Part shown: piece by piece, positions 34,107 through 44,087 of the stretch
How the letters are laid out: each line of letters starts with the position of its first letter
How positions within the stretch are numbered: position 1 is the stretch's first letter
Origin: a bacterium
GTDB taxonomy: Bacteria; Zhuqueibacterota; Zhuqueibacteria; Residuimicrobiales; Krinioviventaceae
Direction: 5' to 3'
Assembly (NCBI GenBank): GCA_963693055.1
Contig: OY843751.1
Span: 2,112,001-2,176,000, forward strand
DNA length: 64,000 bases
Notes under the pieces: generated by a model
What the model saw: the letters and a program-made list of their open reading frames with translations, nothing else
Databases searched by the model: none
Told to the model about the DNA's origin: nothing
Program-made: the position numbers and the translations under genes

Positions 34107-35210
34107 ATGATTATAGTCCAAAGCTGTGGTTCCAGTTCCTGGGGTGGTCTAGAGATGCAGACCCTTAAAATTGCTCGATTAATGCGTGATCGTGGGCATC
34201 AATCCTTTATCTTTTGCACAGAGAATTCAACGCTTGAAAAAGAAGCCCAAATTGCGGGAATACAAACAGTACCTGTGTTTCGAAAAAGCAGGCCTGTACA
34301 CCACTTGGTCAGGTTGATCCGTTTTTTACGTAAAACAAAACCAGATGTAATACATACCCACTTGTCTCATGATTTATGGCTATTGGTACCGGCAATACAT
34401 ATAGCCGGAAGTAAAGCCCGATTGTTTTTAACCAAACGAATGGCAAGCGGAGTTAAAAAGACTGATCCGTTACACCGTTATTTGTATAACCGTACAAGCA
34501 AGATTTTTGCAATTTCCAATTATATCCGTACCAGTGTGTTGAATACGTGCCCGGTTTCTGAAGACGATGTTCAGTTAATGCACAACGCAATTAATCCTGA
34601 TCATTATAGTCCTGAAAAATATGACAAAATACTCATACGCAAAGAATTAGGCATTGCTGCTGATGAAATGGTCATAGGTATCATTGGGAGGATGAGTCCG
34701 GGAAAAGGGCATGAAGAGTTTTTTCATGCAGCCAGTCAGATCAAACAGATCTATCCGTTGCCCATTTGTTTTATGATTGTGGGCGAAGCAAGTTTTGGTG
34801 AAGATGATTATGGTAATCGCATTAAAAAACTTGCTGAACAATTATTTCAGCAAAACGAGTTGTTGTTTACAGGATTTCGTAAAGACATTCCAAATATGTT
34901 GTCTGCCATGGATATTTTGGCGTTTCCATCACATGAGGAATCTTTCGGCAATGTATTGCTTGAGGCAATGGCTATGAATTTGCCAGTGGTTGCCTGTAAT
35001 AGCGGTGGTGTTGGCGATATTGTGGTTCCCAATGAAACCGGTCTGCTTGTTCCACCCCGGGATGCAGATGCACTGGCAACAGCGTTGTTGAAATTGGTGC
35101 TAAATTCTCAGAAACGATCCGTTTTCGGAAAAGCCGGTCGACAACGTGTTGAGCAGTTTTTTACAGATGAAAAATTTGCAGATTCATTGGAAGCCAGTTA
35201 TAAATTTTAA
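34107..35210 (+). CDS. Glycosyltransferase family 4
   Basis: WGGLE, GRMSPGKG, ESFGNVLLEAMA. Confidence 0.93.
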   Translation: MIIVQSCGSSSWGGLEMQTLKIARLMRDRGHQSFIFCTENSTLEKEAQIAGIQTVPVFRKSRPVHHLVRLIRFLRKTKPDVIHTHLSHDLWLLVPAIHIAGSKARLFLTKRMASGVKKTDPLHRYLYNRTSKIFAISNYIRTSVLNTCPVSEDDVQLMHNAINPDHYSPEKYDKILIRKELGIAADEMVIGIIGRMSPGKGHEEFFHAASQIKQIYPLPICFMIVGEASFGEDDYGNRIKKLAEQLFQQNELLFTGFRKDIPNMLSAMDILAFPSHEESFGNVLLEAMAMNLPVVACNSGGVGDIVVPNETGLLVPPRDADALATALLKLVLNSQKRSVFGKAGRQRVEQFFTDEKFADSLEASYKF

Positions 35211-35301
35211 GTTGATATAAAGATCTATTATTTTTTTCAATTAAGGATTGATTTTAAAGCATAAAGTCTTATATTGACAAAAAACATACCTTGAGGAGTT
35301 C

Positions 35302-36615
35302 ATGAAAATCAAAAATTTAATTTTCTTGCTAGTTATTTCTTTGTTTTCCCAGACTTTTGCTCAGGAGAAAAACCCGGAAAATGATGGGAATACTGAATAT
35401 CCTGAAAAGCGTAAAGGGCGTGAAACCTGGGAGTATATAGTCAATATACCTGGTTATATCTGCCTTTTGCCGGTTTGGGCGCTCGATGCTGCTTTGGTGC
35501 CAGTAAGTTATGCTATTACCGAAACCAAAGTTATTGAAAAAACTGTTGATTTTTTAACATCGGATGATGGCAAACGTGGCGTTTTCCCTACTTATGAAGC
35601 AAGAACTGGCGCAGGTTTGAATTTTTATCAAAAAGGTCTCATCCAGGAAGGTACGGATTTGCAAATTACAGCAACTGTGTGGGCAAGTGCTCGTCAGTCT
35701 TTTCAATTGTATTTTAATGATTTAAAATTGATTGGACCTGTCAATACTTCACTGTCTGCAATGTTTTTTAAATATACTGATGAACCTTTTTTTGGTATTG
35801 GAAACAATCTTGATTATGATTTTGAATCACATTTTTTGTTAAAACAATATCAGGCAAATATTGAATTTGGAATTGATCTGGGTAAAAATAATGCCATTAC
35901 CTTTCACAGCGGTTGGGAGCATAACCAGGTTTCTGAGGAAGATAATGATAATTATGAAAAAGGAGAAGACGATTATTTGTTTTCTACTGTTTATTCCAGG
36001 TTTAGTAATAGTTATGTGCCTGTAACTGATGTTTTTGACAAGACCAGATTAGTTCATGGAGAATTGAAATTTAAACATGATTCCCGAAATGTTGTAGGAA
36101 ATCCATCAAGTGGTTGGGAACTTTATTTGAATGGTGGATTGTATAAACAAACAGATGGCAGCCAATACGGTTTTTATCGGGGAACCGCTGATGTGACAAA
36201 ATATATTCATTTATTCTATAATCGTGTTCTGGCTTTTCGTGCTGCTGGTCAAATTACAACATCTTATGATGGTGGAGAAATCCCGTTTTATTATCTTGCG
36301 GAACTGGGTCAGCGCACAACTATTCGTGGTTACGAGAGAGGGCGTTTTCGTGAAAAAGATAAATTATTGGGCTCTGTAGAGTATCGCTTCCCTATATTAA
36401 AACGATTCCGTCCCGAACGTGAAGCTGGTAGTTTGGATATGGTGTTATTTGTAGATTCTGGAAAGGTAGCACCAGATATTAAAGATAATATTACTGATAA
36501 CTATCACACTACCTGGGGATTTGGACTTAGATTTTATAACTCAAAATCTCTAATGATGCAGTTTTATACAGGTTTTAGTGACGATGGTGTTAGACTTTAT
36601 TATGTTTTAAACTAA
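35302..36615 (+). CDS. Omp85/BamA-TamA-family outer-membrane barrel protein
   Basis: Signal peptide; IRGYERGRF (VRGY-like loop 6 motif), FVDSG, WGFGLRF. Confidence 0.8.
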   Translation: MKIKNLIFLLVISLFSQTFAQEKNPENDGNTEYPEKRKGRETWEYIVNIPGYICLLPVWALDAALVPVSYAITETKVIEKTVDFLTSDDGKRGVFPTYEARTGAGLNFYQKGLIQEGTDLQITATVWASARQSFQLYFNDLKLIGPVNTSLSAMFFKYTDEPFFGIGNNLDYDFESHFLLKQYQANIEFGIDLGKNNAITFHSGWEHNQVSEEDNDNYEKGEDDYLFSTVYSRFSNSYVPVTDVFDKTRLVHGELKFKHDSRNVVGNPSSGWELYLNGGLYKQTDGSQYGFYRGTADVTKYIHLFYNRVLAFRAAGQITTSYDGGEIPFYYLAELGQRTTIRGYERGRFREKDKLLGSVEYRFPILKRFRPEREAGSLDMVLFVDSGKVAPDIKDNITDNYHTTWGFGLRFYNSKSLMMQFYTGFSDDGVRLYYVLN

Positions 36616-36625
36616 AGGGTTGTTT

Positions 36626-38299
36626 ATGAAATCAACTTTTCTAAATAGATTTTACATACTGGCAGTGTTATTAACAAGTACTTTTGTTTATGCAGAGTAT
36701 ATCCCACCCGAACCTTTGCCGGCAGATACGTTGCCCATACCGAGGCCAGAAGAGGTTAAAATTGATTATCTGCATGATGGATATAGTCAAACTTTTACAA
36801 TGGCATTTGAGAAATTGTTTGATATTGCAGGACATATAAAAAGCTTGACTGATAATCCAAAACAGGCTATGAACTTGAATGCATTTGATGGTGTTGACAA
36901 TTCAACCTGGTTTACTAATCGAAATGTTGAAAATAAAATGTCAATCGACTCATTTGCCAAAGGTCCTGACACTGAATATGGTCCGGATACAACAGGTACA
37001 TGGCTTATCATCCGAGCAAAAGCAGAAGGTATCACACCCGGATTTACAATAAAAGACAAAAGAGGTGGGACCTATGTGATTAAATTTGATCCACCCGGAT
37101 ATTCAGAATTAGCTACCGGTGCTGAAGTTGTTGTTACAAAATTGTTCTATGGCATGGGATACAATGTGCCTGAAAATTATATTACCATTTTTGATCCATC
37201 TATGTTGGTATTGGGTGATGATGTAACATTAGTGGATGAAAAAGGCCGCAAACGTAAAATGAACGAAAATGATGTAAAAGAAATTTTAACCCGAATTGAA
37301 TTTCTTCCAAATGGTAAAATTAGAGCTCTTGCCAGCAAATATGTAGAAGGAAGACCGGTAGGTGGATTTCGTTATGAAAAAACACGAAAAGATGACCCTA
37401 ACGATATTATTCCACATGAACATCGCAGAGAATTACGCGGTTTAGAGGTGCCTTGTTCATGGTTAAAGCATTTTGATACTAAAGCAGGAAATAATCTGGA
37501 TACATATGTAGGAGAAAAGGGTAAAGGACATTTAAAACATTTTTTGATCGATTTTGGTTCTACTTTGGGAAGCGCCGCTTTTGCTCCTCAGGACCCCTAT
37601 AAAGGCCATGAACTGGATCTTGATTTTCAAGTCATGGCTGCCAATGTAATAACGTTAGGCTTGGTTGTTAAAAATTGGGAGAAATTAGACCCACCATTTA
37701 ATCCTGCAATCGGATTGTTTGATGCCTGGGATTTTGATCCGTCTGATACACGTCCCAATTTCCCAAATCCGGCATTCGCAAACATGACCAATTGTGATGG
37801 TTATTGGGGAGCCAAGCTGGTAATGTCTATAACGGATGATCAGTTAAAGGCTGCGATTGAAACGGGTAAATATACTGATCCTGATGTTAAAGAATATATA
37901 TTCAAGATTTTAAAAGAACGTCGTGATAAATCAGGAATTTATTGGTACAATCAGGTATGTCCACTTGATTTTTTTGAAATCGATGAACAAATAAACAAAG
38001 CAGTATTGTCATTTACAGATATGGGTGTAAGGGACGGTTTGTGGGATGCAAAAGATTGCCAATACTCTTTTTCAATTAAATATGGTGATCGAACACTGGT
38101 AAAAGATAAGATTGTAGATACACCAAACGTGCCTATCTATGAGTATTTTTTAAATGTTGATGTAGCAAATGGGAACAGACAAGTAGAAATAGAGTTGCGA
38201 AATAAAAATCTTGATTCTAGTTTTAATAAATATGTTAGAGTTTATCTTGAACCAGAAGGGGATAGCTTTAAGCTGCTGGGGATAGAGAGAAAAGATTGA
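36626..38299 (+). CDS. Exported protein with atypical kinase-like motifs
   Basis: Signal peptide; VIKFD, AEVV, HFDTKAGN, LIDFG. Confidence 0.6.
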   Translation: MKSTFLNRFYILAVLLTSTFVYAEYIPPEPLPADTLPIPRPEEVKIDYLHDGYSQTFTMAFEKLFDIAGHIKSLTDNPKQAMNLNAFDGVDNSTWFTNRNVENKMSIDSFAKGPDTEYGPDTTGTWLIIRAKAEGITPGFTIKDKRGGTYVIKFDPPGYSELATGAEVVVTKLFYGMGYNVPENYITIFDPSMLVLGDDVTLVDEKGRKRKMNENDVKEILTRIEFLPNGKIRALASKYVEGRPVGGFRYEKTRKDDPNDIIPHEHRRELRGLEVPCSWLKHFDTKAGNNLDTYVGEKGKGHLKHFLIDFGSTLGSAAFAPQDPYKGHELDLDFQVMAANVITLGLVVKNWEKLDPPFNPAIGLFDAWDFDPSDTRPNFPNPAFANMTNCDGYWGAKLVMSITDDQLKAAIETGKYTDPDVKEYIFKILKERRDKSGIYWYNQVCPLDFFEIDEQINKAVLSFTDMGVRDGLWDAKDCQYSFSIKYGDRTLVKDKIVDTPNVPIYEYFLNVDVANGNRQVEIELRNKNLDSSFNKYVRVYLEPEGDSFKLLGIERKD

Positions 38300-38303
38300 A
38301 AAT

Positions 38304-38336
38304 AAAAAAAAGGGAGACATTGTCTCCCTTTTTTTT
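38304..38336. terminator. Bidirectional intrinsic terminator
   Basis: A8-GGGAGACA-T-TGTCTCCC-T8 between convergent genes. Confidence 0.9.
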
Positions 38337-38345
38337 AGATTCCCT

Positions 38346-39293
38346 TTACTTGCCAAAAGCATAATCTTTTTTATTGATTTTGAGCTTTTTCATTTTGTAT
38401 CTGAGGTTCGGTTCAGATAATTCAAGCACTTTGGCTGCTTTGCTTTGGTTACCGGCAAATTTACGCAGTGCTTTTTGGATCAGTTCTTTTTCCAATTGAT
38501 CCACTGCAGAATGCAAGTCCTGGATCTTTATCCGGCTAAAGTACAGGTTTTCAACTTCAAAAGGTAAAGAGTCTGTTAACAATTCACCTTCTGGTGAAGT
38601 TAATAACATAGTTCGGATTATGTTTTCCAGTTCTTTTACATTTCCTTGCCATTCGTGCTTCATCAGATGATTAAAAACTTCAAAATCCACTGTTGGAATG
38701 GGTTTTGATAATTCTTCACACTGTTTTTTCAAATAGTGCTCAAACAACAGGGGGATATCCTGTCGTCTGTCACGAAGTGGTGGAATTTTCAAAGATACAG
38801 CAGTCAATGCTAAAAATAATTCGGCACTGAATTTACTGTTTTTGAGATCATTGATCAAATTAGGATGAGTTGTTGTAACGATTCTAATATCAGTGGCAAC
38901 AGATTCGTTTTCCAACTCTAGTGTACCTTTGTTTGCCAATAACAACAGTTTGGCTTGAGTTTCCTCATTCAGGTATTCAAGATTTTCAATGATCAATGTT
39001 CCCAACAGTGGAGAATCCGGTTTTTTTCGCAATGCTAAAAACGGTTCAATCACTTCTTCTTCATAGTGATTGTTCAGATTATTCGCATTGCTGAAAAGCA
39101 GCGGTTTCTCTTTTCTGTGACTGCTTTCAAACAAGATTTTTGTAGCCAATAATTTCTCGGTACCAGCTTCACCATATACGGTTACATTTTCATCGCTTTT
39201 GGCGATGGATGGCAGGTAACTACGCAGATGGTTCATTTCCGGTGAGTGCCCGATCAATTCAAGTTGACTCAACGTGTCCCAAGGTGTCTTCAT
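38346..39293 (-). CDS. Degenerate sigma54-activator-like AAA+ / Fis-HTH regulator
   Basis: LIGHSPEM, IPPLRDRRQDIPLL, WQGNVKELEN, GNQSKAAKVL; Walker motifs degenerate and GAFTGA absent. Confidence 0.85.
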   Translation of the reverse strand: MKTPWDTLSQLELIGHSPEMNHLRSYLPSIAKSDENVTVYGEAGTEKLLATKILFESSHRKEKPLLFSNANNLNNHYEEEVIEPFLALRKKPDSPLLGTLIIENLEYLNEETQAKLLLLANKGTLELENESVATDIRIVTTTHPNLINDLKNSKFSAELFLALTAVSLKIPPLRDRRQDIPLLFEHYLKKQCEELSKPIPTVDFEVFNHLMKHEWQGNVKELENIIRTMLLTSPEGELLTDSLPFEVENLYFSRIKIQDLHSAVDQLEKELIQKALRKFAGNQSKAAKVLELSEPNLRYKMKKLKINKKDYAFGK

Positions 39294-39824
39294 TTTTCTC
39301 CTTCCTTCCTTCAAGTAAGAAATAATGAATTAGTGAGTTATTTATGTTATAGTAATAGCACTCTATGGAGATAAAATTTTCTATTTTTCATGATAAACTA
39401 CCTATGATCCATATATTTAATAAATTTTACTTACTTAAAAAACAATTAAAAAAATATCGAAATTTCATAAATTTTAAAATTTATTGAAATTATTTTCAAG
39501 TATTTTTATTTGGGCTTTATATTGCAGATGATAACTAAAATTTTCATTAGCAACGTTAAATTCGAACAAAAGTAAATAAATACAAGAAAAAAATCAACAG
39601 GTATTTAGTATTTTTTCGCATTTGCGCCAAAAAAAACTATCAAAAATGCCAAAAATGAATATATAATTTTTTACATTTAAATACAAATAAAGAATTTAAA
39701 AAATTGTAAAAATATTATAATAATTTTGATATTTCTTTTTTCCTTGATCTATAATGCTCCCCAAATTTAGGACAGTGAAATAAGGTGTGGAATTATTACC
39801 TTATTATCCAATAAAGGAGGAGCC

Positions 39825-40109
39825 ATGCAAGCAAAACGGAAACGATACAGTGCAAAGTTCAAATCAAAAGTTGCATTGGAGGCACTCAAAGAACAAAAAA
39901 CAATGAGTGAACTGTCCAGCCAATATGGCGTTCACGTCAATCAGATTAGTCTTTGGAAAAAACAGTTATTGATTGAGGCTGAGAACGTTTTTTCCAACAA
40001 AAGAGATCGCAAGGAAAAAGAACAAGAAAACCTGGAAGCAGAACTGTATAAACAAATAGGTCAACTCAAAGTAGAGCTGGACTGGTTAAAAAAAAAGTGT
40101 CTTAACTGA
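39825..40109 (+). CDS. IS3 OrfA (HTH)
   Basis: KRKRYSAKFKSKVALEA...WKKQ...IGQLKVELDWLKKK; RBS AGGAGG. Confidence 0.92.
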   Translation: MQAKRKRYSAKFKSKVALEALKEQKTMSELSSQYGVHVNQISLWKKQLLIEAENVFSNKRDRKEKEQENLEAELYKQIGQLKVELDWLKKKCLN

Positions 40110-40941
40110 ACACCATCAAAAACGTGCGCTGATTGATCCGTCATATAAACACATCGTTATTGGACGACAATGTGAGCTTTTAGGGATCAGTCGGTCCGGT
40201 TATTATTATCAGCCACAACCGGAAAGTGCGCTCAATCTCGAACTGATGCGCCTTATGGATGTTCAGTTTATGAAAACACCATTCTACGGTGCCAGGCGCA
40301 TGCATCAGTATATTCTTGGCCGTGGATATAAGGTTAACGTGAAAAGAATCAGACGGTTATATCGCTTAATGGGGCTTGAGGCAATCTACCCAAAGCCCCG
40401 GTTCAAAAACGATGGTGCTGTTCATAAAATATACCCGTATCTGCTGAAAGATTATAAAGTTACGGCACCTAATCAAGTCTGGAGTACAGATATAACCTAT
40501 ATACCGATGCCGAGCGGTTTTTTGTATTTAGTTGCGGTGATCGACTGGTTTAGCCGATATGTTCTGGCCTGGCGAATCTCGAACAGTTTGGATGCCGTTT
40601 TTTGCATTGAGGCACTAACATGCGCTCTCGAGAAGCATGGTGATCCGACAATTTTTAACACCGATCAAGGCGTCCAGTTTACATGCAAAGATTTTCTTGC
40701 TGTTCTTGACACTCAAAAAATCCAGATAAGCATGGATGGCCGGGGTCGGGCATTTGACAACATTTTTATCGAGCGGTTGTGGCGTTGCGTCAAGTACGAA
40801 TATGTTTATATTAATGCGCCTGAAACAGGACTCGACCTTTATTCGGGTTTGGAATGGTACTTTGATTTTTTTAACAACGAAAGGCGTCATCAGGGTTTGG
40901 AATACCAAACACCTGCACAAATTTATTTAAAAATGACTTGA
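40090..40941 (+). CDS. IS3 OrfB DDE transposase (probably expressed as an OrfAB fusion)
   Basis: Frame open from the A9 run; RQCELLGISRS, WSTDITY, NTDQG, IERLWRCVKYE. Confidence 0.92.
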   Translation, partial: KKSVLTEHHQKRALIDPSYKHIVIGRQCELLGISRSGYYYQPQPESALNLELMRLMDVQFMKTPFYGARRMHQYILGRGYKVNVKRIRRLYRLMGLEAIYPKPRFKNDGAVHKIYPYLLKDYKVTAPNQVWSTDITYIPMPSGFLYLVAVIDWFSRYVLAWRISNSLDAVFCIEALTCALEKHGDPTIFNTDQGVQFTCKDFLAVLDTQKIQISMDGRGRAFDNIFIERLWRCVKYEYVYINAPETGLDLYSGLEWYFDFFNNERRHQGLEYQTPAQIYLKMT

Positions 40942-40963
40942 ACGTGGAAAATTAATTAGCTAT

Positions 40964-41012
40964 TTTGGTGATAACTCCAGTCTCCCTACGGGCTCCTGAA
41001 GTTATCACCAAA
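40964..41012. repeat. Hairpin motif, copy 1 (inside IS3 right end)
   Basis: 13-bp stem TTTGGTGATAACT/AGTTATCACCAAA around CCAGTCTCCCTACGGGCTCCTGA. Confidence 0.85.
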
Positions 41013-41131
41013 GATGTTCCACACCTTAAATAATACCTAAAACTGTCTAAACAATGGGGAGCGCCCCAATCAAAGATAATAATTTAAGTATTATTCAAGT
41101 ATAAATTTCAAAATAATAAAAGAGGCATGAT

Positions 41132-41941
41132 TTGAACGCATTAGAATTTAAAAATAAATTTAAAACCGGCCGAGTCTATGGTACAGCTATCACTTCAATG
41201 GCACCTATGTGGCCTGTAATTATTGAGAAAGCAAAACTTGATTTTGTATTCCTGGATACAGAACATATTATTGTAGATAAACAACCCTTGTCTGCAATGT
41301 GTAATGTTTATAAATCTATGGGAATTCTGCCTATTGTAAGAATTCCTTCACCGTTACCTGATCTTGCAACCAATGTTTTAGATGGTGGTGCCATGGGACT
41401 TTTGGCACCCTATGTGGAAACTGTCGACCAGGTTAAAAATCTTGTAGGTGCTGTTAAATACAGGCCATTAAAAGGTGAAAAATTGAAACAGATATTAGAT
41501 GATCCCGCATCTATTGATAGCAAATTGAAAGAATATGTTGATGATCGCTGCAAATATAATTTGTTATTTATTAATATTGAAAGTAAACCAGCTTTAGACA
41601 ATCTGCCTGAATTACTTGATGTACCTGGTTTGGACGGAGTAATTATTGGCCCTCATGATTTATCTTGCAGTCTAGATGTCCCTGAGGAATATACAAACCC
41701 TGTTTTTGAAAACGCAGTTTCACAAATTATTCGGGAATGTAAAAAACGTGATTTGGGAATTGGTATGCACTTGTCTGAAGGACCCGAATACCAAATGAAA
41801 TGGGGCAAAGAAGGTTTGAATATTATTCTACACAGTTCCGATGCTGCGTTGTTTTTAAAAATGCTGAATCATGATATGAGTAAAATTAAATCTACATTGA
41901 ATGATAAAGTTGAAAATAATGATAATCAAATAATAATTTAA
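41132..41941 (+). CDS. HpcH/HpaI aldolase family protein
   Basis: DFVFLDTEH, VLDGGAMG, IES, IGPHDLS. Confidence 0.88.
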   Translation: MNALEFKNKFKTGRVYGTAITSMAPMWPVIIEKAKLDFVFLDTEHIIVDKQPLSAMCNVYKSMGILPIVRIPSPLPDLATNVLDGGAMGLLAPYVETVDQVKNLVGAVKYRPLKGEKLKQILDDPASIDSKLKEYVDDRCKYNLLFINIESKPALDNLPELLDVPGLDGVIIGPHDLSCSLDVPEEYTNPVFENAVSQIIRECKKRDLGIGMHLSEGPEYQMKWGKEGLNIILHSSDAALFLKMLNHDMSKIKSTLNDKVENNDNQIII

Positions 41942-41951
41942 TGGATTGGAT

Positions 41952-44072
41952 ATGAAAAAGATTATACTGCTACTCCTCATTACTACTTCTTTTATCTTTG
42001 CTAATGTTAAAAGTACAGATACTTTTTTACAAGAATCGAGTGAGATTTATACAGGAAAAACATTTCCTGCTACGATAGTTAATCAAATTGTTCTAAAAAA
42101 TAATGGTAATCCCATTGCTATTACGTCTAGTGGAAATTTTGTGTTTGATGGAAAAGACTGGGGTACCTGTAAAGATAAGGTTGATCTTGAAGTAGATAAA
42201 GATATCAATTTTCCTAAAGAAAATGGAAAAATTTTGTCAAATGTGGAATATAATAAACAAATGTTTGTGGGAACAGAAAAAGGATTATTTGTTTTTGAAA
42301 ATAATAACTGGACTAAAGTATACCCTTCTGATGAAAAGTTTAGTTGGAGTTTAACTCAAGTAACCGTTTTGGGAGTAGATTCTCACAATAGACTCTGGTT
42401 TGGTTCAAATCAGGGGGCAGGGGTTCTTGAAAATGGTACCTGGTCACTTTTTACCGGTTCAGAAGGTTTACCGGTAAAGCAGTTTACGTGTATTACTGCC
42501 GATAAACGAGGGAATATCTGGTTTGGAACTGAAAGAGGTGTTGTTCGTTCGGATGGTAAAGCATTCAGATACCGATTCAGCAGACGCTGGCTTCCTGATG
42601 ATCATGTGAATGATTTAGTTATTGATAAAAAGGGTGCAGCGTGGATTGCTACCAATAATGGCGTTTGCAAGATTTATTTTGATGAAATGAATTATGAGCA
42701 AAAAGCTGATTATTTTACTAATCAGGTTGAATCTCGTCACAACAGGGATGGCTTTATTTGTCAGAACAAATTGTTTGAGCAATATCAAAAAGAACCATAC
42801 AGACTGGATATTTCTGACAATGACGGAACATATACCGCAAAGTACGGCGCCGCACAGGTATTTCGTTATGCGGTTACAGGAGACAAACGGGCACGTGAAT
42901 TGGCGTTGCGTAGTTTTATGGCCTGTAAATGGCTGACTGAAATTACACATGAGGCAGGTTTCCCAGCCCGTGTAATTATTCCAGTGGATTGGCCTGATCC
43001 GGTAAATGATATTTATAATGATGCTTACAATAAAAGACGGTTAGAACGTGATCCCTTTTGGAAACAGATTTTGCCTCGATTTGTGAAAAGTAAGGACGGC
43101 AAATATCTGTGGAAATGTGATACCAGCTCAGACGAGCTTGCAGGACATTATTTCTTTTATGCATTGTTTTATGATCTTGCGGCAGAAACAGAGCATGAAA
43201 AAGAGATGGTTAGAAAAGTCGTTAAAGATGTAACAGATCACCTTGTGCGAAATGGGTTTTTATTACGCGATCATGATGGCAAGCCAACACGTTGGGCAGA
43301 CTTTTCTCCGGAATTTGTAAACTCGGAAAGAGGATGGGACCAACGCGGTTTAAATTCAATGATGATGTTGTCGTTTTTAAATGTGGCTCATCATGTGACC
43401 GGAGACCCAAAATATAAAGATACAGCCAAAATGTTGATGGACGAACATAATTATCATATTAACGCTATGCAGGCCAAAATGTTTTTCCCTCCCGAGGATG
43501 TGGTTCCCTGGGACAATAATTTGTGTCTGACTAGTATGTATGGTTTGATAAAGTATGAAGAGGATCCAGAATTATTATTAATGTATCGTGAAAGTCTGGA
43601 AAATGCCTGGTTGCATATTAGTAAACAAAAGAATGCATTATGGAATGTACTTTATGCGGCAATGACTGATCATTTTAAAAAGACAGTTGAAACTGGAATT
43701 TATGAAACAGGAAAGGTTTTTCCTGAATCAGGTCCCTTTGCTTCTTTCACTGCCAGACAATATAGTAATGCAGATTGCCGCTATGATGATATTATTGAAT
43801 CTTTGACATTATTGCCATTGGATTTGATTGGATATGATATGGACAATACGCATCGCCTGGATGTCGTTTTTGATCCTACTCCCGGTCAAGCTCCGGATAT
43901 GGGTTGGCATTATGATGGCTATGCTTTACCCGTTGATGAACGTGGTCATGTACGTCAGGATCGTGATGGCTTTGCTTTACATGCTTTTGAAGGTGGGGGA
44001 TACCAGGAGCAGGAAGGCACTTTTTATCTGTTGCCGTATTATATGGCTAGATATTATGGATTGATTGAATAG
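41952..44072 (+). CDS. Secreted beta-propeller + six-hairpin-like hydrolase
   Basis: Signal peptide, D..G..WFGT propeller repeats, C-terminal SDNDG, DTSSDE, YLLPYYM. Confidence 0.6.
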   Translation: MKKIILLLLITTSFIFANVKSTDTFLQESSEIYTGKTFPATIVNQIVLKNNGNPIAITSSGNFVFDGKDWGTCKDKVDLEVDKDINFPKENGKILSNVEYNKQMFVGTEKGLFVFENNNWTKVYPSDEKFSWSLTQVTVLGVDSHNRLWFGSNQGAGVLENGTWSLFTGSEGLPVKQFTCITADKRGNIWFGTERGVVRSDGKAFRYRFSRRWLPDDHVNDLVIDKKGAAWIATNNGVCKIYFDEMNYEQKADYFTNQVESRHNRDGFICQNKLFEQYQKEPYRLDISDNDGTYTAKYGAAQVFRYAVTGDKRARELALRSFMACKWLTEITHEAGFPARVIIPVDWPDPVNDIYNDAYNKRRLERDPFWKQILPRFVKSKDGKYLWKCDTSSDELAGHYFFYALFYDLAAETEHEKEMVRKVVKDVTDHLVRNGFLLRDHDGKPTRWADFSPEFVNSERGWDQRGLNSMMMLSFLNVAHHVTGDPKYKDTAKMLMDEHNYHINAMQAKMFFPPEDVVPWDNNLCLTSMYGLIKYEEDPELLLMYRESLENAWLHISKQKNALWNVLYAAMTDHFKKTVETGIYETGKVFPESGPFASFTARQYSNADCRYDDIIESLTLLPLDLIGYDMDNTHRLDVVFDPTPGQAPDMGWHYDGYALPVDERGHVRQDRDGFALHAFEGGGYQEQEGTFYLLPYYMARYYGLIE

Positions 44073-44087
44073 GTTGCTGGAGTATTT

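Larger units (their letters stand above)
39750..41068 (+). mobile_element. IS3-family insertion sequence (1319 bp)
   Basis: Imperfect TIRs TATAATGCTCCCCAAATTTAGGACAGT and (rc) TGGGGCGCTCCCCATTGTTTAGACAGT; 3-bp direct repeat ATC (39747-49, 41069-71); orfA + orfB. Confidence 0.93.

Noticed and set aside
39511-39526. Sigma54-like TGGGCTTTATATTGCA (GG-N10-GC)
   Set aside because: Poor -24 match, and the neighbouring regulator lacks GAFTGA.
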